From Protoeuglena noctilucae (Eukaryota): a DNA stretch of 64,000 bases. The notes below the pieces were generated by a model. The model did not search any database. It was not told where the DNA came from and worked only from the letters and a program-made list of their open reading frames with translations. Both the position numbers and the translations under genes were made by a program. Each line of letters starts with the position of its first letter. The first letter of the stretch is position 1. This document shows positions 24,601-36,100 of this stretch, piece after piece. The stretch is from contig OY253676.1 of NCBI GenBank assembly GCA_958009085.1, forward strand, positions 558,001 to 622,000, given 5' to 3'.

Positions 24601-27600
24601 GACGTGGCGTTGGATGCGAGGGGCGCTGAGGGCTTGAGTGTGGGAGGTGCTGCTGCGGGAGTGGAACAGGCGTGGCTGGAGTGTGGACGGGGGTGTTGGT
24701 GTTGGTGCGCGCGGTGTGGGTGACTGGGAGCGCACAAGTCGCCCCGTCGCTGCTCTGGGCATGTGCGACTGTCATGCTCTCGCCATCTCGCTTCGCTCGC
24801 AGTCCGCAATCAAGCGGGGTGACGCCGTGGGCGAGGCGCTGGACTCCCTGGCGCCCGAAGATGTCCTTGCCATGGCGGGGCGGGCGTCTGATGCTTGCGG
24901 TACAAAAAGGTGTTACCTGTGCGGGCATACCTCGTATGGGACAGAGGGCGAGGTGGGGTCGCCCGCGACGCAATGCTGCTGGCGGAAGGACAGCAAGGCA
25001 GAGCGGTGCCAGAATTTCGGTGAGTGCTGACCTGGCTGGCTCCCCACCCACACAAAGGTCGACTGGCTCTGTGCTCGTGGCTGCCCGCCACCGTATTACC
25101 GCACCCATGCTTGTCACCCCACCCCATGCCTGTCACCATCCCTCCACTCTTTTCCCCAGCTCACCCCTCGTGCCTCGTCATGGCGTGCCAGCTGGGCGCG
25201 TGCCTGGTCCCATTCAACTCTCCCTCTGCTGGGTGGGTCTGCGGCCACCACCAGGGAGGGTCAATGCCTGGTCTGATGTGCCTGGAGGCGAACGTCATCG
25301 CGCCCCGGTCCGGCATGATGCGAATGCTGGACGCGCAGCGAGGGGCGCTGTCCCAGAACACCGGAGCGGCCGACTCGGCCGTGCCTGGCAGCAGCAGGGG
25401 TTCGGTGGGCACTGGCACCAGCTCCACCAGGATCGTCAGCAGCGCGACGGATGGGACGGCCGCGACGGGCGGGTGGGGCACCGACGGGCCGCCCGTGCTT
25501 ACGGTGGACGCGCGGGACTGGCCTTTGGAGCGAGACCTCCCGTGGCGGGCCGTGGTGCAAGGGATCGTGTCCGACAGCGCCATCCTCACCCCGAAGCACG
25601 CGGAGCTCAAGACGGGGTCGCTGGGCGCTGCCTGCCGTGCGGCGTACGTCCTGCAGGAGGCGCTGTACGGGCCGTACCCGGAGTCCGCGCTGCCGGAGGG
25701 TATCCGTGACGCATCGAGGCACAACGCGCGGGTGGCGGAGCGGACGCAGAAGAGGCAGCTGGAGTTCGAGCCTGCTGACCTGCTGCAGGGCGCGCAGGGA
25801 CACGCGGCGGCGTATCACGGGGCGCAGCGGCGCATGCAGGAGATCGACAGGGCCACTCCCAGGGAACAGCGGCGCAAGTTCTACGTTGACAAGACGGTGC
25901 GGAGCATGGGCAGCGCAGGCCACATCGTGCCCCGGCGCCACGGTTTGATCATGTGCTCGCCTTTTGCCATCATGCCACCCGTCGCTGCCACCTGCGTGTC
26001 TATGCCGCCCCCTTGCACTCGCCACCCCAGCTCCCTTCGTCCCCTCACCGCTGTGCGCCCGCCACGCCCGCAGAGGGCCGGCCCAGGGCCCCCGCCATCC
26101 CAGCAGGTGGAGATAGACATGGTCTCCCACACTCGCCTGGCCCACCTGTCCCTCTTTCTGGAGACCATCACGCTGGCGCTCAAATCCAAGGCATGGCGCA
26201 CATACAAGCGGGAGCACGAGGCCTCGCTCCAGGGCAACGGCGACGCACGAATGGCTCCTGCGGGCCCCAGCAACGGCAACCCCGCGGCACCAGACGAATC
26301 ATGGAGCGTGGCAATCGCGGAGTTTGAGGAGGGCATCCCGAAGCCAGGCATGACCCCTGCCGGAAGGCAAGCCAGTGGGGTTGTACATGCACCTGTTGTT
26401 CATAGCCGCCCCTTCATCGCCGCCCCTCCATAGCCATCTGTTCACCGCCGCCCCTTCGTGCCACGCTGCAGGGTGTGGAGCTCGGTGTGGGATCGGAAGG
26501 CGCAGACAGAGGCAGACCTGCTGAGTCAGGCCTGCGCCATGTGCAAGCTGGCCACGGCGACCAAGGACCCCGTGGTTCTGTGGATGCTGCGGATGGGTTC
26601 TGCGGTGAGAGTTTTCTGCACGCTGTCTTCTCCAACTTGCGTCTCCAAAGCCTGTCTCCAAAGCGACTTACCCGGGAACACGGCCCCCAGCTCCTCGTAC
26701 AACAGGTCGAGACGGTTGCGCCGTCGGTGCTGCCGCAAAATAACGGGGCGGACGAGGGCAAAGGCTTCGAGGAGGGGCTAGTGGAGTGCGCGGTCGGGCC
26801 GGGGAAGAGGAAAGTCGGGGTGCTGCAGGTGAGGCGGGACTGTGGGGCACTAAGCAGACAAACAAACACACACACAATGGACAGGTGTCAGCACAGGCTG
26901 GCTTGCTTGCGACACTCCATGCGATGACGGAATGGTGGGGCATTTTTTGGCATCTGCGTTCCTATGCCTCCCAAGCCTGTGCGTGTGATCGTGTTGGCAT
27001 GGCCTGCGTCCCGTCTCACACACTAGCTCCCCACCATCGCAGGAGCGCCGGCGCAATTGGAAGGTCGAGGCCATGCGCAAGGCCCACGAGGACTTCTCAG
27101 CCCTGACGGTGTTGTCGATCCGCCTCACGCCGCAACGGAGCACGGCGCGCGCCATCGCGACGGGGAAGTGGCTGGCCAGCCACGTGGTAGGGTCGGCAGA
27201 GGACATGTACGAGGGCGTCGCGGCAGTCTGCCCCGACCCACGGCGCGCAGGCAGGGCCGGCGGGGAGTTGAGCGTGTCGACGTACGCCCCCTTCTTCCAC
27301 AGCGTGCAAAGGACCAAGGCGAGGGCTTGCTGGGTGCATGTCTGGTCGTAGAGCGTGGCGGGCGAGTGACACGCACGCATGGTGACATGCTGACCCGTCT
27401 GTTGCTTCATGAGAGTGTTGCTGAAGTCTATGCTGATTCGCCTGCTGCCCCGTGGAGCGTCCCTGTGGTGGTGCATGAAGATGGGTATGGCCTGAGAGTA
27501 GCATCTCGTTGCCGTTGCAGGCCAGGGAAGAGAACAGGCTCCAATCCATTCCTCGCGGCGTCGTGGAGAACCCCGAATGGGTGGTCCCACGCAAAAATAA

Positions 27601-29527
27601 GGAAGCCGAAGAGACGAAGGACCAGGCCCTCTTACAAAGGCGCAGCGCCTCGCTCTCCGAGTACCTGTTCCTGAAGCACCTGCCAGAGGGCGTGCTGGAG
27701 GCGGGCGAACACGGCGACGACCCCGCACTGCGGGCGTGCAGGGGCCTGGCGGAGTTCTTCTCTGCAAAGCTCGCGGCTCGCAGCAACGGGTCGGGACGCA
27801 GGGGCGGCCAGCGGATGCCAGCGGGTACGCAGCCGGAGAGCTGGGTCTTCCGCGCGCGCAGCGTGCTGGACTGCAGGCCCCTCCCGGAGTTCCTGCCTGC
27901 GCGGATGGCGCTCGATGGGGACAAGTGGCGGGCCTTGCTCCTGGTGGACCGCAACGGGGCCCAGGGGTCCACGAGGCGTGGGGTAACGGGGTGGCAGGAC
28001 CAGGTTGGCTTGTTCGCTACGCAGGCGAGGAAAAAAACAGGCTGGGCCGGGGTGGGCGCTGGGTTGCTTCACTGCACGTGGCCGTTGCTGAGGCGGTGAC
28101 GGCGTTTTGTGGCACTGCCGTGGCATGGCGATGTGTACGGCGATGGGTATCGTGTAGAGCCTAGGGCGATGCGGGGGGACCGTCACGGGTCTTTCATGGC
28201 AGCGCAGTGCAAACGGTGTCGCTGGGCCCGTGCCGTGTGCCGCAGTTCGCGCGAGGCCAGGCAGAGAGCTTGCGTGCGGGTGCCGTGGTGGCTCCTTATG
28301 AGGGCCTGCTTTGCTCGTCCGAGCCGAATGAGATGGCCATCGTGCACTTACTCAGCGCGACGTACATCGCCCTGGCCATGGGCACGAGAAAGGAGACGAT
28401 CCAGGTGCGGGCTGAGTAGCAAGCGCTCGTCTGACACCCACCCACGCACGCGGCCGCCATGCGCACGCGATGGCTGCACCCGCGACGGTCGCACCCACCC
28501 AACGCTTCCCCCGTTGCGCAGGCGCAGGACGCGGTGGCTTTGATCGATCACGCCATCGATGTCATCGAGCGTTTCGCCTACACCGTCAATGACACGAACG
28601 ACATGAGCGGGCTGGAGCACCTCAAGCTGCGCACCCACGGCAGCGTGGCTGAGGTCTCTCCCTACCCGTTCATCACCGCCGCCGGCTGCGCCAACGACCC
28701 GTTCATGTCCAAGTATGCCCTCGAGAACGGCGGGCCCAGCGATAAATCAGATGGCAGCGGGAGCTCGGACCTGAACCTCACCCGGGGGAGCGTTAGGGCC
28801 CCAGTGCCTGCAACCTCGACGCCTGGTGCCGCTGGGTCCACTTCCAATGCCCAGTCCGACTGGAGGGCGCGGCCTGCGTTCCCGACGGCCGGCGCCAGGA
28901 GCGGGCACGTCCTGTGCACCTCGCGCAAGTCGAATCTGCCGCAGGCACAGGGCGGGGCAGGCGCGGCACGTGACAGGGGGGCGGAGGGTGGTGGCGGGTG
29001 CGGCAGGGGGGCGGAGGGCGGCGGATTGAGTCGATTTACCACGCAGCGAGTGCTGATGGAAGGACTGAAGGACAACGCGATCGTCGAGCCCCTCCTCGTG
29101 TTTGGCTTCCCGCTGCCCTTCATGGTCTGCAAGGACGACGTGGATCACGAGGTGGGTCAGAGCGCAGCGCAGGGCGGCTGTGCAGAGCCGTCGCACTTGG
29201 CCAGACGACCTGCTGCTCCTCCCATCCACCGCAGTTCGGCTACAACTACGGCGATGACTATTGGGCCGGCAAGGTGCGTGCAAGACACCGCGCCTGGATG
29301 CTCCCTCTGCCCTTTCCTCTTGGTCGCCCGGCACTACTGGCAAGTTGTTCTGACCACTTGCCCTGTTCTAACCGCTTGCCCATATGCTTGCATCTGACTC
29401 CGGCCCCTCCCGACCCTCGCAGTGTGCCGCTGAGCCGCTGCACCTGGCGGAGCTGCTGCCGTCACCGCCCAACGATCCCCCAGGTCAGGGCAGCAACGAT
29501 CCCCGACCCCAACCGCGCCCTGAGTAA
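21615..29527 (+). CDS. Large chromatin protein: N-terminal TDBD/SAND-like Zn module + extended PHD (ePHD) finger + divergent C-terminal SET domain, about 16 exons
   Basis: Splice phases are consistent across the exons. N-terminus GRVIRCQCGCGWDYDSISAFAAHV; ePHD CAVC...HECC...CYLC...ATQC...C..FAHPSC...WVCGHH; SET motifs VGLFATQ..RAGAVVAPYEG, AAGCANDP and FMVCKDDVDHEFGYNYGDDYW; stop TAA at 29525-29527. Confidence 0.72.
23742..23855 (+). repeat. 48-bp coding tandem repeat (about 2.4 copies) encoding AKRGRxxAGAASDxxL
   Basis: Units start at 23742, 23790 and 23838 and share GCAGGTGCAGCTTCCGATG. Confidence 0.85.
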
Positions 29528-29834
29528 GCCGAATTTGACGGTCTCTGACACAGGCCCAGGTTTGGTCCCATCTTTGAGGCCTACGTTTGGGCCATCGTGA
29601 ACATGGCGGATGTCATGCGCAGGGGACCGTGGCAGCACAGTTGAGTTTCATTGGCCCGCGCAGGGCGCAGAGTAGTGTGTCGTGTTCGACGTTTTCACAG
29701 CGTCGTTTTCTTTTCTGTTAGGTCTATGGCCAACCTCGTGCGTGCAGTCGCGTCGATGCAACCCATCCCACCCCATGGCTGTCTATTTCATGCAACGTGC
29801 TTTGAAAAGTCACTAGCGGTGCTGTCGGCGGCGG

Positions 29835-31146
29835 TCAAAGCTGCTGCGCGCCGACCAAGCCACGCAGCTCCTCGTTGACCACGAACGTAATGGCCGTCTG
29901 CGGGCCCAGCCGCGCCCAGTTGGCGGTCCAACCGCGGAAAAGGATCAGCGGGCCTAGCTCTCGCACCAGGGATGCCAGCGCCGCCAGCATGCCCTGCCCC
30001 TTGAGCCCGCGAGCGTACATATGCGTCTTGACCACGTCCACAGGGCTCGTGGCCGTCGTCGTCACCACCCCCGCCGCCATGCTCGCCCCGATATACGTCC
30101 CCACCCCATCACCCATCCCGGTCACTTGCTTCCACGCAGCCTTGGCTCTCTCGTACGACACACACTGGGATGCCGTCAGCACAGCTGCACGGGTCATACC
30201 CGGACCCGTGCCCCGCCAGAAACCCGCGATGCCGTCCCTCCGGTACACATCACATATCACGGCCGCCACGCGTGCTCCCGCCCCCTCGCGCGCCTGCATT
30301 CGCACCTTCACCAGGTCGACCGGATTGGACATAGCGCCGGCAAAGATGCCCGCCTGCGTGCACCCAAACCCATAAGCATGGCTCGTCATTACTGTCGGTG
30401 ACCCCGCCAGTGCCATGCGTCACTCGTCTGCCAATGCCGGGCAAAGAGCCGGTCGCTGCCTTTATGACTACAGTTGCATTCAGGACAAGCCCTGCGCTCT
30501 CGCACCGCGCATCCTGCCATAATCTCGGATGTCATCTTGCTCTGGACGCCGGCCTCCCGGAACGTGCTCTTGAGCGGCTTGTACAGTCCGAGGCGCAGGC
30601 TCCCGTAGAACACGGCCCTCGCGACTGCCGGCTGCCAGCCCTGCGACCATGGCATGAACCAGGCCGGGAGTGGAGTGCGACTGTCGTGCCCACGTGAGCA
30701 GCACAACGCAATTGAGATGATGGGTGCGGCCAGTCACCCGCACAAAGGCTCGCGGCCCCTCTTCCCGAGCCATGGATAGGGCGGTTTGCCACATTCCCCG
30801 GACCTCCAGCGTCCTCGCCAGCTGCATCCGCACCTTCACCACTGCGAGCCACCGCGAGATGCGGTCATCGACGTAGCTGTCGCGCCAAGCACGCGTGACG
30901 AGCATTCAAGCGGCCATCACAGAGCTTCCATCACCGTCAATCGGGTTCGTGAAAGCCGTGGCAATTCCCACAGAGCTGCCGCTCAACGCGAGCTCCGTGA
31001 ACAAAGAGTCGTGGCCTGCCTGGGAGGCACAACGGCGAGCAGCTCTTAAGATGGGTTAAGCACGCTCTTTCGTGTAAGTTTTGCAACGCCCGCGGCCATC
31101 GACGGCGGGTCATCGCCAATTGCGTGGAACGCCGGCCGCTCACCAT
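29835..31146 (-). CDS. Mitochondrial carrier family protein (UCP/dicarboxylate-carrier-like)
   Basis: Three Px[DE]xx[KR] signatures: TNPIDVVKVRMQ, SNPVDLVKVRMQ and TSPVDVVKTHM; also LRLGLY and WARLGPQTAITF. The first coding exon appears to be the ATG alone (31146-31144). Confidence 0.9.
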
Positions 31147-31381
31147 CGCTCCATCATCGACCTGGATGGCCCCGCGCCGCACGCTACCGCGCGCGCTATT
31201 GCACGCGCTGTTGTGTTACGCACGTTTTGAACCAGTAACTGTCCGCCAAAAGTTCAAGGGCGCGCGGGCAAAGGAGCGTGCACCGGTTGGCATCCACACA
31301 AAAATCCTGAGCGGCTGTGATGGGCGCAGGGGCGTGTGGCAGGGCAGAGGTAGAGAGAATGACTGAGAGAAAGAGCGTAAC

Positions 31382-32796
31382 TCATTGCTGCGACCAGATG
31401 TCAAACGCCTCGAGCTCCAGCATGACCTCGTTGCGTCGCTGCCAGTCCCGCGTGCTTGGGTCGTTGTACTGCGCCAGCCACCACTTCTCGCCGTCCTTGA
31501 CACGCAGCCCGTCCCGTCGCACAGCCTCCTGCAGCTCTTGCGCCCTGGCCTCCGCCCCCTGCATGCCGGTGGCGCCGCCGAAGAGCTTCACCGCGAACAC
31601 ACCCCCGGGGCGGCTCACTGTCCGCACGCCAGGGTCGGACGGCGCAGGAGCCGAGGTGCCCGCGTCCTCCCCCAGCACGAACTGCATCACGCTGGCCCCG
31701 CCCTCGCCGCCCTCCGGCCGAGAGAAGACCGGCGTGGTCATCGACATCTTCGTCTTGGCCTCGTTTGCGCCGAAGATGTACCCCGCGAGCGCCCGGAACG
31801 CGCGGGTGCGGTCGCCCGAGTCGCTGCCCTGTGCAGGCAAACCGGTCGACGCCATCCAATGCCATCCATCACTCCACTGTCGGCCGCCTAGCGCACCAAG
31901 AGCAGCGCCTCCCCACTCACCCTCGGTACGTCGCACTGCGCGACCCGGAAAGGCTGGTACTCCCGGACCTCGTAGTCCCTCGCCCGCCGAAGCACCGTGT
32001 AGGCCGGCGTGCCGATGTCGGGGGTCCGGTGCAGCTGCGCCATCTGGCTGAGGAGGTCCCGGAGCGCCTCGACGCTGAAGTACTCGTTGCGGTCCACCGA
32101 GTCCCACTTGTCGATGTGCTCCACGAACTGCCACGTCTCTGGGTCGACGCGCATGATGGACACCCCCGTGAAGGTCATCGTGGGCTTCCACAGGGCCGGG
32201 ATGGGCGAGAACCAGAAGAACAGGTCCATCGTCCACCGCGTCGTGGCCTCATAGGGACCTGCGGGCGGCTGTTACCAAGGGTGACCAGGACGAGTGTCGA
32301 AGGGCCGGGGCGGGGCATGGGAAGGGCAGCAGCAGCACCGTCACCTGTCCGGCGCACGTCGTGGAGCTGGAAGCGCGGGCGGAAAAGGGCGCGCAGCATT
32401 GCGATGTTGAAGAGGTATCCATGGATGTTGCCGAAGCGCGTCAGAGGGTCCTCGAAACGCACGTTCTTCGCGTAGCTGCGGAGCAATGGACAAGAAGGGC
32501 CGTAGGAGCGGCTCCCGACACACGGGCAACCTCGAACCAGCACACGGGTCATACCTGCTTGCGTCGATTCCGGTCGTGAATAGCTTGGCGAGATCCGAGC
32601 GGAGAAACTCGCACACTTCCACCATCTTCTTGTCGACCTCTGCGCTCGTGCCCCACGAAGCGCCCGAGTCGACCTTTGCAGCCACCTGCTCGTTCCGGAC
32701 CGCCCTCTGGACCGGCTGATGTCGCTGGCGTCCGGCCCCCGCCATGACAGCGGTGCGCGGGACACCGCGGGGAGCGGTGGTCCACGCCATCCCCAT
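31382..32796 (-). CDS. SOUL heme-binding protein with an N-terminal SnoaL/NTF2-like (DUF2358) domain, plastid HBP5-like, 4 exons
   Basis: NTF2-like part YAKNVRFEDPLT...TTRWTM...FTGVS...HIDKWDS; SOUL part TPAYTVL...YEVREY...AFRALAGYIFGAN..MSMTTPV...LAQYNDP...RRNEV. Confidence 0.9.
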
Positions 32797-33180
32797 GCTG
32801 GTGGCCGGTAAAGAGAATATCGCAGGGCGGCTCGATTACTACAACGGCGCTCGTGCTTGAACCGGTCGAGGGGGACCAATCCAAGCGGGATCTATCAGCG
32901 AACGGGCATCGCTGGCACACTCGTGGCCAGCGGCGCTGTGCCAGTGTGAGAGACCTAGAGACCCGGGCCGTGCCTGGCTGAGCGTTATGTCACAAAGGCA
33001 GTACTTGCGTACCGGCAGAGGCGGGGAGGGGAGACGGGGAGCCCTGCTTTTGCTTTTGGGACCGATCGCTTGCCACCCTCGAGTGTCCGGACCCGCGATG
33101 TTGGAAGGGATGACATCTCGTAGTTGAACCTAGCGCATCGGGTCCCCGCATTGTGGATTTCTGCTCGCCAGGGCGTGGAA

Positions 33181-36100
33181 ATGTCAGGGGCGTCCTTGGC
33201 GCAGCAGCGGCTGGCCATGGAGGAGGCGCGAGGCGTCGCGGAGCAGCTCCGGGCCCTGCCTCCGGGTAACGCCAGCCTGAAGGAGGGTGCCGGTGAGCAA
33301 GGCCAGAGTTTGGATGCATATTTTTCAATGCATGAGCCTTGGGAGGCCGCCGCGCGCAGAGGCCGCACGGAGGTCTTCCGTAGCTCGCCAGCGAGTCAGT
33401 GTCGTTTGTCGGATGTTGCGGAAGCCGGCATCGCCGTCGTTCTGCCTCCCCTCGTCGCAGATTTGCTGCTTAAGGTGGCGGGCATCGTTTGGCGACTGCG
33501 CGAGGGGGTCGCCGACGTCGAGGATGCCTCTGCGCGGGACATGTGGGAGCAGCGTGTCTCGTGGATGCACGACGAGGTCATCGCGCTCGCGGCGGAGCGC
33601 TTGGATCCCGAGGTGAGCTGCTCTGCCTCGCCGTTCGCAACGCAGCGCTCGCCGCGCGCATGCTGGCGTTCTGACAGCCCCTGTGTCGGTCGCGAGCTGT
33701 TGAGAGCCTTCAGCGACTCACGCCAGCCTCTTCTCGCTCTCCGAAGCCCGGCGAAGGGTCCTTCTGGGACCGCCTTGTGGAAATGCTCTACCGCGCCATG
33801 GGGACCGTCGCGGCCGCGGAGACAGCGCGAGACAGGGCGCTGCAGGAAGCGGAGAAGACGGCATCTGCGCTGGGCAAGGCGGAAGAGCACGCGCGCGAGT
33901 TGCAGGGGCGGGTCGACCAGATGCAAGCGCAGCTGCGGCGGGCACGCGAGTGGGAGGCGCGGTGCGCCGCCGCGGAGGCCGCAGCGGACAGGAAGACGCG
34001 CGAGACGGAGGACGTAGTCGAGAGACTGCAGGTGCGCCTGCTGTTTCGGAGCATCTGCGCGGCCCCGCTGCGCCCGAGGCCTTGCCACGACCCCTGCCAG
34101 TCCCGCCGGCCCGCAGCGCGTGGAGACGGAGCGCCGCGAGCTGACTGCGGCACTGCGGGAGAGTCGCGAGGCGGAGGCGCGGCTGGAGCAGTATCGGGAC
34201 ATGGCGGGGCACCTGTCCCAAGCACTGGACCAGGCACAGAGGGCTGCGGAGGAGGGGGCTGAGCGGATTGCCGAGCTCGAGACGCAGCTGGCAGAGCTGC
34301 GCAGGAGCGGGCGGCTCGCGGAGGCTGCTCCAAACGCAGCTGTGGGGCCCAGCGTGGCGCCGCAACTGCCTGCCACTGGGACCCCTGTGGTTGCGACCCC
34401 TGCCCACCCTCCCGCTGCTCATGGCAGCCACTCCTCGGCGACCGGACAGGTCGCTAACGCCAAGGCAGGACCCCCGTCACAGGTCAGCTCGGTCGCGACT
34501 GCGCCGCATGCGCAACAGCGGGTCGCCGAGGGCTCACAGCCGACCTCTGCGGGAAGCGACGGTCGCATCGAGGCTCAGCGGGTGCAGCAGCATCCGGCAG
34601 ACGGCTCTTCGGAAGGTGTTCCCGCCAAGTCGCGGCCGCGGGACGGGTTCATGGGGGCGCTGGCGGCGTTTCTGGCGGGGGACGAGGACGGTGCTCCACG
34701 AGCGGACGTCGCTGCCGAGCGCAGAGGCGCGGAGGAGGGCGCGCCGGATCGAGTCGCGAGCGGATGGGGCATGGCGGGCAGCGGGGCCCCAGAGAACGGG
34801 GATGTGCATGGAGTGCGCCATCCGACGCATGGAAGATCGGGCAACGATGCGGGGCTCACGGGACAGCCAGGGGTCGCGGCGGCACTCTCGAAAGACACGG
34901 GGAGAGAGCACGAGCGGGCGTCGCAGGTGCCGGATCGCGATCGCCACGGGGCCATGGGACCGCCCTCATCGGAGCCTGCCGGGGACGGGGCGTGGGGTGC
35001 GGGCGCGCCGACGGGTGCCGCGCAGCACAGCGGGCAGGGCGGCGCGCGGGGAGTCGCTGAGGGGAGCGGTGGCGGGGTGCATCCGGCAGGGGACGGCGCG
35101 TTGGCGGGGCGACCCCCGTGTGCATCGCACATGCCCCCGCCCCCGGGCCTGCCCCAGGCGGGGCTCCAGTTGGGCGGTGGGCACCGCGGCGGGTCCGAAG
35201 TCGGGTCTTCGAACCCCTGGGGTGGACACGGAGGCTTATCTCACGGCAGCGACGCGGGGCACGAGGAGCGCAGGGACGAGTCTGCTGCCGCGGCTGTCCC
35301 GCCACGGGGCCCGCATGTGCCGGTAGCCACGGCGCGGGTGATTGGGGATCGGGACGAGCCACGTGCTGGGGGGATAGGCTTGGTGGAGGACCGAGGGAGC
35401 GCATGGGAGGCGCCGGGTGATGGGGGCCCGCCACTCTCGGAAGCCCCTAGGTCCGGGTCTTCATCGACGGGACCTCCTCCGTTCGTTCCGAGTGGCCCAC
35501 CGATGGGCAGCGGTGCTGGCGGGGCTCCCGGGGGCCCCGCAGGTGCCACAGGGGGGAGTCGCGTGGTGGGGCGTTGGGTCGTGCCGCCTGAGATGGGGGA
35601 GGCGAATGAGAGGGCAGTCAGCGCGGCTGCGCGGCAGCGGGAAGAGGAGAAGAGAGAGGCGGAGCGGGGGGAGAGAGGTGAGAGCCCGTTTTGTGTTGGC
35701 TGGGATGATTCGCGTGACGTTCTTGTGGTCGTTTATTGCAATGCCGAATGGGCACGCCCTTTACACAACTGCGCTGTCTGAGAAATGCAAAGGATGTTTA
35801 CACTCCCGCAGAGGCCGCGAGGGCCGCTCGGGGCGGGGGTGGCGGCTTCTTGCTCGGCTTTGCGGGGCGGGCGCTGCGGGCGGGGCGGCAGCTGATGGAG
35901 TACGCGGCGGGGGACGTGCGTGCGGAGCGAGGCTCGCAGAAGGAAGGCGGCGAAGTTGTCGGCGAGGTGAGAGAGTGGCAGGTGCTGGGATAAAGAGGTG
36001 CCGGGTAATGCAGGGCAGATCGCCACAACACAACAGGGCGTGCAGACCAGACCAATCTGCTGTTACGGAGGCCAAAGAGATCTCGCATCATTTGCCCACG

